64,000 nt of DNA from Bacteroidia bacterium (GCA_044351265.1 JBILGC010000006.1:3167-67166); one strand, 5' to 3'; shown: positions 35,928-46,778, numbered from the stretch's first letter. A program made the numbers and translations. The notes: generated from the sequence alone by a model not told the origin.

Positions 35928-38900
35928 ATGCTTGAGCGTATCATAGCGTTCAGCATCAAGCAAAAGCTACTTGTGGGTGTAATGATTGCAGCCTTAATAG
36001 GCGCAGGCGTATACTCCCTTACACGATTGCCAATTGATGCTGTTCCGGATATAACCAATAATCAGGTGCAGGTTATTACCCAAAGTCCAAACCTGGCACC
36101 GCTGGAAATAGAAAAATACATTACTGCACCGTTGGAGTTGGCTACTGCCAATATACCCGGTATTGTTGAAACACGATCTATTTCCCGTTTCGGACTTTCT
36201 GTTATCACCCTTGTGTTTAATGATGATGTGGATGTGTATTGGGCACGTGCACAGGTATCAGAGCGTTTAACAGATGCAAAGGAGCTAATTCCTGCAGGTA
36301 TGGGCTCTCCTTCACTTGCTCCGGTAAGCACAGGCCTAAGTGAAATATTTCAATATACCTTGATTGTTGAATCCGGTTATGAAAACAAGTACAATCTGAT
36401 GGATTTACGCACCATACAGGATTGGAATGTGCGCAGGGAATTGCTTCGCGTGGCGGGAGTGGCTGATGTGAGCAGTTTTGGTGGATATCTGAAACAATAT
36501 GAAGTAAAAGTAAATCCGGAGCTGCTTAAATCAACCGGTGTAACGCTGGATGAATTGTTCGATGCGCTTGAAAAAAGCAGCAGTAATACCGGTGCTGCCT
36601 ATCTTGAAAAAGCAGATAAGGTATTTTTTATACGAGGTCTTGGAATAGCTACCGGAAAAAAAGATGTAGAACAAACTGTGGTACGCAATGTGCAGGGTGT
36701 GCCGGTATTGGTGAAAGATGTTGCATTAGTTGAGGATGGCAGCAGCATACGCTACGGAGCCATGAGTATGGATGGCAAAGGAGAAGTAGCAGGCGGCATT
36801 TTACTTATGCTTAAAGGAGAGAATTCTTCAGAAGTAATTAGAAGGGTGAAGGATAAAATAGCAGACATTCAAAAGTCATTACCGAAGGGAGTGCGTATAG
36901 AGCCTTTTCTCGACAGAGAAGAACTTGTTTCAAGGGCCATTCATACGGTTTCTAAAAACCTGATTGAAGGAGGGTTGATTGTCATCTTTGTACTCGTATT
37001 GTTGCTTGGCAATTTCCGTGCAGGCCTTATTGTCGCTTCCGTTATTCCGCTTTCTATGTTGTTTGCCTTATGCATGATGGTGTTGTTTGGTGTAAGCGGT
37101 AACTTGATGAGTCTTGGTGCAATTGATTTTGGATTGATTGTGGATGGAGCCGTGATTATTGTAGAAATAGTTGTGCGTAAGCTTGCTGAAAAAGTGAAAG
37201 AAGCAAAGCAGGAATTAACCCATGCTGTTTTTGAAGATACCATTTTTTCCGGAGCAAAGGAAATCATGAGCAGTGCTTCCTTTGGGCAGTTTATTATTTT
37301 AATTGTATATGTACCCATTTTGGCACTTGCAGGAATTGAAGGTAAAATGTTTAAGCCAATGGCGCTTACGGTTATATTTGCTATTGCAGGAGCATTCATT
37401 CTGTGTCTAACTTATGTTCCCATGATGTGCGCCTTGTTTCTGAGCCGTAAAACAGAAGAAAAAGAAAACGTGGCAGATAGAATCATTCATAAGCTTAAAG
37501 GTATTTACTATCCAGCATTGAATGGGGTCTTGAGGAATGCAAAAGCAGTTATTGCTGTGTCATTTGTTTTGCTGGCAGGTGCAGTTTTACTGTTCAATCA
37601 GCTGGGCGGTGAATTTATTCCTGAGTTGAATGAAGGTGACTATGCCATTGAAACAAGAATGCTTCCCGGTGTTTCGCTCACACAATCTCTTGCGGTTGCG
37701 CAGCAGGTTGAAAAGATGTTGCTGGACAGCTTCCCAAATGAAATAAAAAAATGCGTATCAAAAATAGGCACATCAGAGATTCCAACAGATCCTATGCCGC
37801 TTGAGGCAATGGATATTATTGTGGTATTAAAACACAGGGATGAATGGAAGCGCGCTTCTAGTAAAGAAGAACTGGATATGCTACTGGCTGATGCCCTTAG
37901 TCAGTTTCCCGGAGTAATGTTTTCGCTTCAACAGCCTATACAAATGCGTTTTAATGAATTGATGACATCCGCTAAAACAGATGTGGTTGTTAAATTATAT
38001 GGCAATGATTTATCCGTTCTTACGGGCAAAGCCGATGAAATAGCTAGTATTGTTTCTCGTATTAATGGCACAGGCGATGTACAAGTGCAGAAGGTGGAGG
38101 GATTGCCACAAATACAGATAGAATATAATCGGTCTCAGTTAGCCAACTACGGTATAACCGTGCAGCAGGTTAATGATGCCATTCAAACTTCTTATGCGGG
38201 CAAAAAAGCAGGGGTAATATTTGAAGAAGATCGCAGGTTTGATTTGGTGGTACGTTTTGCAGAGCCTTATCGCAGTACTATTGAAAGTCTCAACGATTTG
38301 ATGATTACTACCCAAAACAGCCAGCAAATACCTCTTAAGGAAGTAGCAACAATAGAAATCAAGAATGGCCCGGCAGAAATTGCAAGAGACAATACCAAGC
38401 GCAGAATAAATATTGGTTTTAATGCCAGAGGAAGAGATGTGGCAGGTATTGTGCATGAATTGCAAAGCAAGGTGAATACACAGTTAAAATTGCCCGCAGG
38501 ATATTCATTGCATTATGGTGGCCAGTTTGAAAATTTGGCACATGCCAGCAAACGGCTAAGCATTGTGCTACCGCTTGCGCTATTGGTTATTTTCTTCTTA
38601 CTGTATCTCAGTTTTCATTCACTCAAGCAGTGTTTGCTTATTTTTTCTGCCATACCACTGGCAGCAATAGGAGGTGTGGTTTCACTGTGGCTGCGTGATA
38701 TGCCTTTCAGTATTTCTGCCGGTGTTGGTTTTATCGCACTTTTTGGAGTAGCAGTGCTCAATGGTATTGTTCTGATTGGCTATTTAAACCAATTGCAAGC
38801 AGAGGGTTGTGATGATGTGATGACTCGTATACACAAGGCGCTTGATGAGCGTTTCCGTCCGGTTATTATGACTGCCCTTGTAGCCTCTCTTGGTTTCTTA

Positions 38901-40232
38901 CCAATGGCCTTATCACATGGTGCTGGTGCAGAAGTACAAAAACCACTAGCTACAGTAGTTGTTGGAGGTCTCATCACCTCTACACTTCTTACGTTACTGG
39001 TGCTGCCGGTATTGTATTATATCACCCATCTTTCAAGAAAACCAAAAGCAAGCAAAGCAATGCTTGCACTATTTTTATTCATTGTTCCTGTTCTTACGCA
39101 AGCTCAAACCGAGGCACCAACTATGGATTTTTGTGTTAAGCAGGCGCTGCAGTATCATCCCTCATTGAAGGCTGCCGGAAAGTTTATTGAAGAACAGAAA
39201 GGCGCAAAGAAAGCGGCATTTAATCCGCCCACATTAGATGTTCTCATTCAGTCACCTACCGGAAAAGATTACAGACCTTCTATACTTCAAACCATTGATT
39301 TTCCTTTGGTTTATGCAAGACAAATCCAAGCAGCCGGTGCTGCTGTTGAAGCGGCTGTTCTAAAACAGCAGTTGGCAGAGATAATATTAATTAGGGCAGT
39401 AAAAGAGGCATACAATGACTGGCAGTATGAATCTGAAAGAATGCAGGATTTACAATTGCAAGACAGCCTATTCTTTATGGTGAGCACCGCATCAGCAAAG
39501 CGATATGCAGGAGGCGATATTGCCTTAGTTGAGCGCATGAATGCAGAAGCAGCCTATGCCATCATCCATCAAGAACTTATTGCTGCTGAAACCCGTATGA
39601 AAAATGCATGTATACGGTTACAGGCCATTACTGGATTAACCCAATTAGCCAGCCCTCCGGCAAGGCAATCAAAGGCACAAGCTGATAGCTCATGGCTAAA
39701 TTCAGGAAACGATAAGCATCCGGGTATTCAATTGCAGGATGCACTCATTCGTTCCAACGAGAAAGAACTTAGCGCAGCACGCTGGCGTATGGCTCCCGGA
39801 TTATCGTTTGGATATTTTAATCAGGCAGATGGCAATGTGCCTAATACTTATCGCTGGCAAATTGGTGTGCGTGTGCCTGTTTTATTTTGGGGCTATACTG
39901 GTAAAATTGCTGAATCAAAAGCCCGATTGGAAATGAATCGTTACGAAAGGTCTTACTTGCTCATTAAGCAAAACACAGAAGTAAAAGAAGCAATTAATCA
40001 ACTTCAGGCTTCTGAGATAACATTGCAGTATTATGAAACAACCGGATTGAAGCAAGCTGAGGAATTAAGGAGAGTAGCAGGTAAAAGTCTTGCTTCGGGT
40101 GAAATTGGTTTTACTGTTTATGCAAATGGTATGGAACGTGCAGGTCGCATAAGGATAGCCTATCTGGAGGCGCTTAAAAACTATAATCAGTCCGTATATC
40201 AGTTAGAATTTTTAAAAGCACTAGTAAAATGA
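35928..40232 (+). CDS. CusA/CzcA heavy-metal RND transporter fused to C-terminal TolC-like domain
   Basis: LPIDAVPDITN, GAIDFGLIVDGAV, RFRPVIMTA, GAEVQKPLATVV, then about 390 aa of OMF-like domain. Confidence 0.95.
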   Translation: MLERIIAFSIKQKLLVGVMIAALIGAGVYSLTRLPIDAVPDITNNQVQVITQSPNLAPLEIEKYITAPLELATANIPGIVETRSISRFGLSVITLVFNDDVDVYWARAQVSERLTDAKELIPAGMGSPSLAPVSTGLSEIFQYTLIVESGYENKYNLMDLRTIQDWNVRRELLRVAGVADVSSFGGYLKQYEVKVNPELLKSTGVTLDELFDALEKSSSNTGAAYLEKADKVFFIRGLGIATGKKDVEQTVVRNVQGVPVLVKDVALVEDGSSIRYGAMSMDGKGEVAGGILLMLKGENSSEVIRRVKDKIADIQKSLPKGVRIEPFLDREELVSRAIHTVSKNLIEGGLIVIFVLVLLLGNFRAGLIVASVIPLSMLFALCMMVLFGVSGNLMSLGAIDFGLIVDGAVIIVEIVVRKLAEKVKEAKQELTHAVFEDTIFSGAKEIMSSASFGQFIILIVYVPILALAGIEGKMFKPMALTVIFAIAGAFILCLTYVPMMCALFLSRKTEEKENVADRIIHKLKGIYYPALNGVLRNAKAVIAVSFVLLAGAVLLFNQLGGEFIPELNEGDYAIETRMLPGVSLTQSLAVAQQVEKMLLDSFPNEIKKCVSKIGTSEIPTDPMPLEAMDIIVVLKHRDEWKRASSKEELDMLLADALSQFPGVMFSLQQPIQMRFNELMTSAKTDVVVKLYGNDLSVLTGKADEIASIVSRINGTGDVQVQKVEGLPQIQIEYNRSQLANYGITVQQVNDAIQTSYAGKKAGVIFEEDRRFDLVVRFAEPYRSTIESLNDLMITTQNSQQIPLKEVATIEIKNGPAEIARDNTKRRINIGFNARGRDVAGIVHELQSKVNTQLKLPAGYSLHYGGQFENLAHASKRLSIVLPLALLVIFFLLYLSFHSLKQCLLIFSAIPLAAIGGVVSLWLRDMPFSISAGVGFIALFGVAVLNGIVLIGYLNQLQAEGCDDVMTRIHKALDERFRPVIMTALVASLGFLPMALSHGAGAEVQKPLATVVVGGLITSTLLTLLVLPVLYYITHLSRKPKASKAMLALFLFIVPVLTQAQTEAPTMDFCVKQALQYHPSLKAAGKFIEEQKGAKKAAFNPPTLDVLIQSPTGKDYRPSILQTIDFPLVYARQIQAAGAAVEAAVLKQQLAEIILIRAVKEAYNDWQYESERMQDLQLQDSLFFMVSTASAKRYAGGDIALVERMNAEAAYAIIHQELIAAETRMKNACIRLQAITGLTQLASPPARQSKAQADSSWLNSGNDKHPGIQLQDALIRSNEKELSAARWRMAPGLSFGYFNQADGNVPNTYRWQIGVRVPVLFWGYTGKIAESKARLEMNRYERSYLLIKQNTEVKEAINQLQASEITLQYYETTGLKQAEELRRVAGKSLASGEIGFTVYANGMERAGRIRIAYLEALKNYNQSVYQLEFLKALVK

Positions 40233-41371
40233 AAAACATAATATATATCTCCGCATGCATCTGTCTATTGGTAGCCTGCAACAACGCAGAAAGGCCCTTA
40301 GATGTAAGTCAAGCCGATTCGGTTGCGCCAAAAATTACCATCGAAGAGAATCGTTTAAAATTGTTGGGTATTGAAAGTTGCCCTGTTCTGATGAGTGAAG
40401 TTAATACTACAGTTAGCTCTCCAGGCAAGGTTGTAATTCTCTCTCAGTACCAATCATCCGTTACACCCCGCATTAACGGAACGGTTGAAAAAATTATGGT
40501 ACTCGAAGGACAAAAAATAAAGAAAGGCCAATTGCTGCTCACCATTAGCAGCAATGAATTTATACAGTTGCAGGAAACTTTTTTAACCACTCGAAGCGAG
40601 CTAGAGTTTATCAAGGCTGACTTTGAGCGACAAAGAAAACTTCGTGAAGAGAATGTTATTGGCGAAAAGGATTTTCAATTGATTAAGACAAAGTATCAAA
40701 CATTACAGGCGCGCATGCGCGCTGCTGAGGCAAACCTCCGTATGCTGAATATGGATATAAAAAAGCTGGCAGACGAAGGTGAAATATCTCCTTATCTAGA
40801 GATTCATGCACCCATCAGCGGATACCTACTCACGCTTCCTTCTACAATCGGTATGAGCGCCTCAGCCACAACAGAGTTAGCACACATTATCAGCTTGGAT
40901 AAACTACATGCCGATATTTTTGTGTACGAAAAAGATATTGACCAAGTCTTTGAAGAGCAGGAAGTAGATATTGAGTTCGTAAATCAAGCAATTCCAAAAA
41001 CCAAGGGAAGGGTTGAATTTATTGGCAGAGGTATTGATCCCGTGAAAAGAACGGTTGTTGTGCATGCCGTTTTTCTTTCACCCAAAGGAAATGTACTTCC
41101 GGATATGACCTTAAAGGCAACTTTTAAAGGCACCAAAAGCATGCAGCTCACCATTCCATCTGCAGCCGTGATAAGAGATGGAAATGCTGAGTATGTTTAT
41201 GTAAAGCAGGCAAACAATGCATTTATGCGTGCGGATATAACCATTAATGGAGGCGATGACCATACAGTATTTATTGAGCCAACCGCACAACTGAAAGAAG
41301 GAACAGCTGTAGTTTGTAAAGGGAGTTTACTGATTGATGGGGAGATGAAAAAAGATGGAATGGAAGAATAA
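40229..41371 (+). CDS. CzcB/CusB-like RND periplasmic adaptor (lipoprotein)
   Basis: LVAC lipobox, lipoyl motifs (VLEGQKIKKGQLL, APISG); ATGA overlap with cusA. Confidence 0.92.
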   Translation: MKNIIYISACICLLVACNNAERPLDVSQADSVAPKITIEENRLKLLGIESCPVLMSEVNTTVSSPGKVVILSQYQSSVTPRINGTVEKIMVLEGQKIKKGQLLLTISSNEFIQLQETFLTTRSELEFIKADFERQRKLREENVIGEKDFQLIKTKYQTLQARMRAAEANLRMLNMDIKKLADEGEISPYLEIHAPISGYLLTLPSTIGMSASATTELAHIISLDKLHADIFVYEKDIDQVFEEQEVDIEFVNQAIPKTKGRVEFIGRGIDPVKRTVVVHAVFLSPKGNVLPDMTLKATFKGTKSMQLTIPSAAVIRDGNAEYVYVKQANNAFMRADITINGGDDHTVFIEPTAQLKEGTAVVCKGSLLIDGEMKKDGMEE

Positions 41372-41604
41372 AGTAAACTTCTGTATAAGAGTTAGGCGTT
41401 TGGTATAAGCGTTTTTGAGATTTGTGTAATAGCAGTTTTAAACCATTATATCAACGCAATTGAGTTTATATAACTGTAAACATTTCAACGTTGGAGTCTT
41501 TTGGTCTTCTATCTGTTTTTACGGTTAACAAAAGAGATGAATCAAAGACTAATAGATCTATTTACTTATTTTGTATATAAAGGAAAATTCAGCCAACATC
41601 CAAC

Positions 41605-41991
41605 TCAATTCATCCGAAAAGGCGCGATAAGGGTAAAGCGTGGAATACGTGCCTCAAAGAGTTTGCCATCCATTTGTCTTTCCATCAGGTAAGTTCCATG
41701 CATGGTGCCAATATCAGAAATTAAATTGCATCCCGACACATAGGAGTGGCTTTCTCCGGGTTCAAGAACAGGTTGCTGGCCTACAACTCCTTCGCCTTCT
41801 ACTTCACTTTTTTCAAAAGCAATATCGTTTATGTACCAATGTCTGCGAAGCAACTTTACCGTAAAATCTCCATGATTCTCAATGGTTATGCGATAGGCAA
41901 ACATATGGCCCTCTCTCGAGCCTGATAAGCGGTCGTTCTGATAGGCTGTTTCAACCGTAATTTTTACGTCATGCGTTATTGCTGTATGCAT
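41605..41991 (-). CDS. apaG: ApaG family protein
   Basis: FAYRITIEN, LLRRHWYI, VEGEGVVGQQP, YVSGC...GTMHGTY. Confidence 0.95.
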   Translation of the reverse strand: MHTAITHDVKITVETAYQNDRLSGSREGHMFAYRITIENHGDFTVKLLRRHWYINDIAFEKSEVEGEGVVGQQPVLEPGESHSYVSGCNLISDIGTMHGTYLMERQMDGKLFEARIPRFTLIAPFRMN

Positions 41992-42110
41992 AATCTTTAT
42001 AAAAGCGAATCGAATTACGGCAAACTTTGCCCCAATTCCAAGGGTATTGTATGGAAAATTTCCTGCACGGGATGGCAAATTCAATTCGGACTAAGCGCAC
42101 CTAAGTTTAT

Positions 42111-42161
42111 TTAACATTCCCTTCACAATCAGATAGCATTGTGCTAACCTGTTGCTAACAC
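42111..42161 (+). promoter_or_regulatory. Five 11-bp-period direct repeats (Pho-box-like)
   Basis: TTAACAT (42111), TTCACAA (42122), ATAGCAT (42133), CTAACCT (42144), CTAACAC (42155); degenerate -7 GAATTTTG at 42181. Confidence 0.6.
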
Positions 42162-42205
42162 AGGCTTTAAAAGCCGAACAGAATTTTGTGAAACCCAATT
42201 AAAGA

Positions 42206-43051
42206 ATGAGCAAACGCAAGTTAAAGCTGGCTGTATTATCTGATATACACCTGGGCACCATAGGGTGCAGAGCAACAGCCGTTAATCAGTATCTCAAATC
42301 TATCGACCCTGAAATTCTAGTGTTAAATGGCGACATTATTGATATGTGGCAGTTTAAAAAGCGATACTGGCCCGAGTCTCATATGAAAGTGGTGCAGCGT
42401 ATATTTAAAATGATGGCCAATGGCACACGGGTGTTTTATCTCACCGGAAATCATGATGAGATGCTTAGAAAATTCACCGATTTTAAGTTAGGGAATCTGG
42501 AGTTACGAGATAAACTGGTGTTGAATCTTGATGGAAAAAAAGCATGGATTTTTCATGGCGATGTATTTGATGTAACCATGAAGAGCAGCAAGTGGCTAGC
42601 TAAACTTGGTGCAGTTGGGTATGATACCCTAATCTGGATTAATACCATTGTAAATGGAGTTTCTGAAAAGATGGGCAAGGGCAGGGTCTCGCTTTCAAAA
42701 AAAGTGAAAAACAGCGTTAAGCAAGCCATTAAGTTTATTGATGATTTTGAGCAAACCGCTATTGATATGGCTATTTACCATGAATATGATTATGTAGTAT
42801 GCGGGCATATTCATCAACCCACTAAGCGTTTATATGTAAATGAAAATGGTCAGACGCTTTATCTCAATTCCGGTGATTGGATAGAAAATTTAACTGCTTT
42901 GGAATACAATAATGGAGAATGGGTAATTTATCATCACCCGGAAAAGCACGAAGAACTTGTTATGGAAGAGGATGAATTGATGGTGAAACTACCATCTATG
43001 CAGCGCATGTATGAGTTAATCACTACTCGCCAAGTTGCATTCAATACCTGA
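42206..43051 (+). CDS. Metallophosphoesterase of LpxH-like/PlcP family (probable PlcP-type phospholipase C)
   Basis: SDIHLG, NGDIID.W, GNHD, HGD, CGHIH, YLNSGDW. Confidence 0.85.
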   Translation: MSKRKLKLAVLSDIHLGTIGCRATAVNQYLKSIDPEILVLNGDIIDMWQFKKRYWPESHMKVVQRIFKMMANGTRVFYLTGNHDEMLRKFTDFKLGNLELRDKLVLNLDGKKAWIFHGDVFDVTMKSSKWLAKLGAVGYDTLIWINTIVNGVSEKMGKGRVSLSKKVKNSVKQAIKFIDDFEQTAIDMAIYHEYDYVVCGHIHQPTKRLYVNENGQTLYLNSGDWIENLTALEYNNGEWVIYHHPEKHEELVMEEDELMVKLPSMQRMYELITTRQVAFNT

Positions 43052-43067
43052 TTTATTTTATCACATC

Positions 43068-44075
43068 ATGAAAATACTATTCGCTATACAGGCTACAGGT
43101 AATGGACACATCAGCAGGGCAAGAGAGGTATTGCCATACTTACTCAGGCACGGAGATGTTGATGTATTAACCAGCGGTAGGCAAGCCGAAGTAACATTGC
43201 CCGTTCTGATTAAATACAAGCATAGGGGTGTTGGCTATACGTTTGGCAAGGATGGAGGCGTTGATATCATTGATTCTATAAAGCATTTTCGGCCGTTTCA
43301 TTTTATTAAAGATGTTTTTAGTTTTCCGGTTGAGCAATATGATTTGGTTATAAATGATTTTGAGCCGGTAACAGCATGGTCATGTAAGTTAAAAGGTAAA
43401 CCATGCATTGCTTTAAGTCATCAGTCGGCATTTTTATCAGCGAAGACGCCAAGGCCAGCAAAAAAAGACAAATTTGCCGAAATAGTCTTTAAACATTACG
43501 CACCTTCAACTGCGCAATACGGATTTCATTTTAAGCCTTATGATCATTTCATTTTTACTCCGGTTATAAGAAAAGATATTAGAAAACTGGAGCCTTCAAA
43601 TCAAAACCATATAACCGTTTATCTGCCTGCACACGAGGATGCTTGCTTGATTCCTAACTTTATTAAGCAAAAAGATGTGATGTGGCATGTTTTTTCAAAG
43701 CATAGTAAAAGTGCATATACCTTAGAGAATATTCAAGTGAAACCCATAACGAGTGAAGCTTTTACCGAAAGTTTAGCAGCCGGCAGCGGGTTGCTAACGG
43801 CAGGAGGTTTTGAGAGTCCGGCTGAAGCTATTTATCTGCGTAAAAAAGTTTTAGCCGTACCTATGCATAATCAGTATGAGCAATTATGCAATGCAGAAGC
43901 TATGAAAGATATAGGTGTAACTGTGGTTAAAAAAATAGATGCCTCTTTTGGTGCACACCTTAATAGTTGGTTAAACTTTGCCACACCACCGGCTATTCAT
44001 TATGCCGATCACACAGAACGAATTATTGAGCAACTGATTTCTGATTATTCGCGCAAATGGGCATTTGCTGTTTAA
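43068..44075 (+). CDS. MJ1255/VC2487-like GT-B glycosyltransferase
   Basis: QATGNGHISRA, INDFEP, GGFE...EA, QYEQ.CNA. Confidence 0.88.
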   Translation: MKILFAIQATGNGHISRAREVLPYLLRHGDVDVLTSGRQAEVTLPVLIKYKHRGVGYTFGKDGGVDIIDSIKHFRPFHFIKDVFSFPVEQYDLVINDFEPVTAWSCKLKGKPCIALSHQSAFLSAKTPRPAKKDKFAEIVFKHYAPSTAQYGFHFKPYDHFIFTPVIRKDIRKLEPSNQNHITVYLPAHEDACLIPNFIKQKDVMWHVFSKHSKSAYTLENIQVKPITSEAFTESLAAGSGLLTAGGFESPAEAIYLRKKVLAVPMHNQYEQLCNAEAMKDIGVTVVKKIDASFGAHLNSWLNFATPPAIHYADHTERIIEQLISDYSRKWAFAV

Positions 44076-46033
44076 TTTCCCAGATTTGCTATGCCGTTCA
44101 GAATAATTGAAAGGTCTTTCCCTGTATTATAATCCCTAGCATACATAAAATTTATCTTATTTAATGCTCCCTCATTTACCTCGCGGTTGGGATAAGCATC
44201 CATTGGCGTAAGCACATTTTTTTTCAGTTTAGGAAGCGTGGTATTGGCTGAATGGCTTATGTATCCTACCCACGTTTTATCTCCTATAAGTACCGAGAAA
44301 ATATTGCTGAGAAAGTTTAAGCGTTTTTTTACCACGGTAAGCAATACAGGTAGCAGCGGAAGAAAACACAAAGACAGCAATACATCCAGTATTCTTTTTT
44401 TGCGCAGTTGCAAAGAGTTGTTCAGGGCAAGGCTAATCTCAAGGGTATAAAAATCTCCCTGAGTGTTTTTGCTATTACTCCCAATAATAAACAAGCTTTC
44501 TTCCGGCACAATTTTAAACTGAATGTCAGGCCTGCGTATTTGCCCCATCCAGGTAATAATCTGATGCGCAGAAATATCGCGAGAACAAAAGATAATTTCC
44601 TCTACCTTAAATAAATCAACCACATCCGCAAGGTTTTCTGTTGTACCCAGATAGCAGGAATCAGATATTTGAGGCTTGCTCATGCTAATATACCCTGCAT
44701 AGTCGCAGGATGCTTTTACTTTCATAAGCAAGTCGTATACACGTGCTGACTCCTCACTGCTTCCCACAATAATGGTTTTGGTAGCAGTTTCCATAGTGAG
44801 GCTAAACTTTTTATATTGAATAGCATACCACCACAACCGGTTTAGATAAGCTGCAATAGTAGCCCACGCAGCACCAAATAAAATGAGTGCTCTTGAGAAA
44901 CGATATCCTTCAGGCACAAATGCATAGAAAACTGCAATGGCAATTGTGCCATAAAATACGCCATGCAGCACTGTTGAAAAAGAGCGGGTTTTATCATAAG
45001 CACCACTTAAGTATAAACCTGCAAGCCAAAGCAGGGTATATATAATGCCATTCACTTTCATAAATGCCAGCGGATATTGTATGCCTTCACCAAACCTTAC
45101 TTGCTGTGCCCAGTATAACTGTATCACATACATGCCTGCATAAATCAGCAAGGCATCGGCAAGTGGTTTAAGCATATTTTTAGCAAACCGCATAAGCAAT
45201 GAAAGCGCAGCTCTGATATAAATGGCGAGATTGATAAGAAAACCAAAAGTGGCTGCATGTTTTTGAGAATAGTGTTTGCGGGCAAACGTAACCATAGCTC
45301 TATAAAACACAAATACATAATTGATGCTTGATTTTTTTGTGCTTTCGCCTTTGTAATGAATGATAGTGGTGTGCGGAAAGTAATAATTTTTAAATCCGTT
45401 TAAGGTAATGCGGTAGCTCAGATCAATATCCTCTCCATACATAAAATAGTCTTCATCCAGTAAGCCAATTTTATCCAGTACAGATTTGCGCAACATCATA
45501 AATGCACCAGCAAGCACATCCACATTGTTTATTTCATCATTATTTAAGTAACCCAAGTGATAGCGGCCAAATCGCTTAGACTTAGGAAAAAGTGAAGACA
45601 GGCCAAACATTTTGTAAAATGCAACTTCCGGTGTTGGCAATCCTCTTTTAGATTCAGGCAGAAAATGCCCTTTTCCATCTATCATTTTTACACCCGTAGC
45701 TCCGGCATCAGGTGTCTTGTCCATAAATTGAATCACCTTTCTGAAACAGTCTTCCTCAACCACTGTATCTGGATTTAGCAGCAATACATATTCGCCTTTA
45801 CTTTCTCTTATGGCTTGATTATTTGCTTTAGAAAAACCAACATTCTCCTGGTTTTCAATTAATCTTACTTCAGGAAATGCGCGTCTTACCATTTCGCAGC
45901 TGCCATCGGCAGAATGATTATCTACTACCAGAATTTCTGATTCAATTCCTATACATGCTTTTCTCACAGCATATAGCGCCTGCTCTAAAAAATAGCGCAC
46001 ATTGTAATTTACTATAACAACAGAAAGTTTCAT
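44072..46033 (-). CDS. GT2 glycosyltransferase with C-terminal membrane / Rossmann / sugar-transferase-like region
   Basis: SVVIVNYN, VVDNHSADGS, LLLNPD, FMYGEDIDL, then TM helices. Confidence 0.9.
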   Translation of the reverse strand: MKLSVVIVNYNVRYFLEQALYAVRKACIGIESEILVVDNHSADGSCEMVRRAFPEVRLIENQENVGFSKANNQAIRESKGEYVLLLNPDTVVEEDCFRKVIQFMDKTPDAGATGVKMIDGKGHFLPESKRGLPTPEVAFYKMFGLSSLFPKSKRFGRYHLGYLNNDEINNVDVLAGAFMMLRKSVLDKIGLLDEDYFMYGEDIDLSYRITLNGFKNYYFPHTTIIHYKGESTKKSSINYVFVFYRAMVTFARKHYSQKHAATFGFLINLAIYIRAALSLLMRFAKNMLKPLADALLIYAGMYVIQLYWAQQVRFGEGIQYPLAFMKVNGIIYTLLWLAGLYLSGAYDKTRSFSTVLHGVFYGTIAIAVFYAFVPEGYRFSRALILFGAAWATIAAYLNRLWWYAIQYKKFSLTMETATKTIIVGSSEESARVYDLLMKVKASCDYAGYISMSKPQISDSCYLGTTENLADVVDLFKVEEIIFCSRDISAHQIITWMGQIRRPDIQFKIVPEESLFIIGSNSKNTQGDFYTLEISLALNNSLQLRKKRILDVLLSLCFLPLLPVLLTVVKKRLNFLSNIFSVLIGDKTWVGYISHSANTTLPKLKKNVLTPMDAYPNREVNEGALNKINFMYARDYNTGKDLSIILNGIANLGN

Positions 46034-46172
46034 GTAATAACCGAACGAATATATAAATAGTTAGGCGTTTTATTATCAGCGTAGGTGTTAAGGGTGCACT
46101 ATTCGAAATGAGTATAATAGCATTTTTGACAGGCGGTTGTTTTTTTATCTTACTGAACGGATAAACTTGTAA

Positions 46173-46778
46173 TTAATGCAGATAAGGTACTCTCAGCGCA
46201 ATGCTTCGGCCAAGCGTAATTTCATCCGCATATTCCAGTTCTCCGCCAATTGAAATCCCTCTGGAGATTGTGCTTAGCGACACCCCCAGGTCTTTTAGTT
46301 TTTTTGATAAGTAGAACACAGTTGTATCACCTTCCATGGTTGCGCTTAAGGCCATAATGACTTCCGTGGTATTTTCTTTCTTAATACGTTCGGTGAGTTT
46401 ATCAATATTCAGACTATCTGGTCCAACTCCATTTGCTGGCGAAATAAGTCCGCCAAGAATATGATAAGTGCCATTGAACTGATTGGTATTTTCAATGGCT
46501 ATTACATCCCGTAAATCTTCTACTACACAAATGAGCTGCTGATTGCGTTTGGGATTATTACAAATATTGCAAACCTCGGTATCGCTAACATTTCCGCACC
46601 TGTTACAGTATTTTATTTCGGTTCTTAGGCGCATAATAGCCTCACCCATTTTTATGGCATCCTGCTCTTGCTGTTTAAGTATATAAAGGACCATTCGCAT
46701 AGCTGATTTTTTGCCAATGCCGGGAAATTTGGAGAGCTCATTAACGGCCTCTTCTATGAGATGCGAAGGATAATTCAT
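46173..46778 (-). CDS. recR: Recombination mediator RecR
   Basis: PGIGKKSA, C4 zinc finger, ICVVE, EGDTT, GGELEYAD; -7 TACATTTG at 46792-46785. Confidence 0.97.
   Translation of the reverse strand: MNYPSHLIEEAVNELSKFPGIGKKSAMRMVLYILKQQEQDAIKMGEAIMRLRTEIKYCNRCGNVSDTEVCNICNNPKRNQQLICVVEDLRDVIAIENTNQFNGTYHILGGLISPANGVGPDSLNIDKLTERIKKENTTEVIMALSATMEGDTTVFYLSKKLKDLGVSLSTISRGISIGGELEYADEITLGRSIALRVPYLH

Noticed and set aside
41372-41604. Possible sRNA or 63-aa ORF in the czcB-apaG gap
   Set aside because: Only an imperfect AT-rich stem (AGTCTTT...AAAGACT). The ORF has a TTG start and runs antisense into apaG; no convincing promoter-terminator pair.
42206-43051. Calling the metallophosphoesterase lpxH
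   Set aside because: It has GNHD rather than GNRD, and its context (Pho-like boxes, adjacent GT) fits PlcP better.
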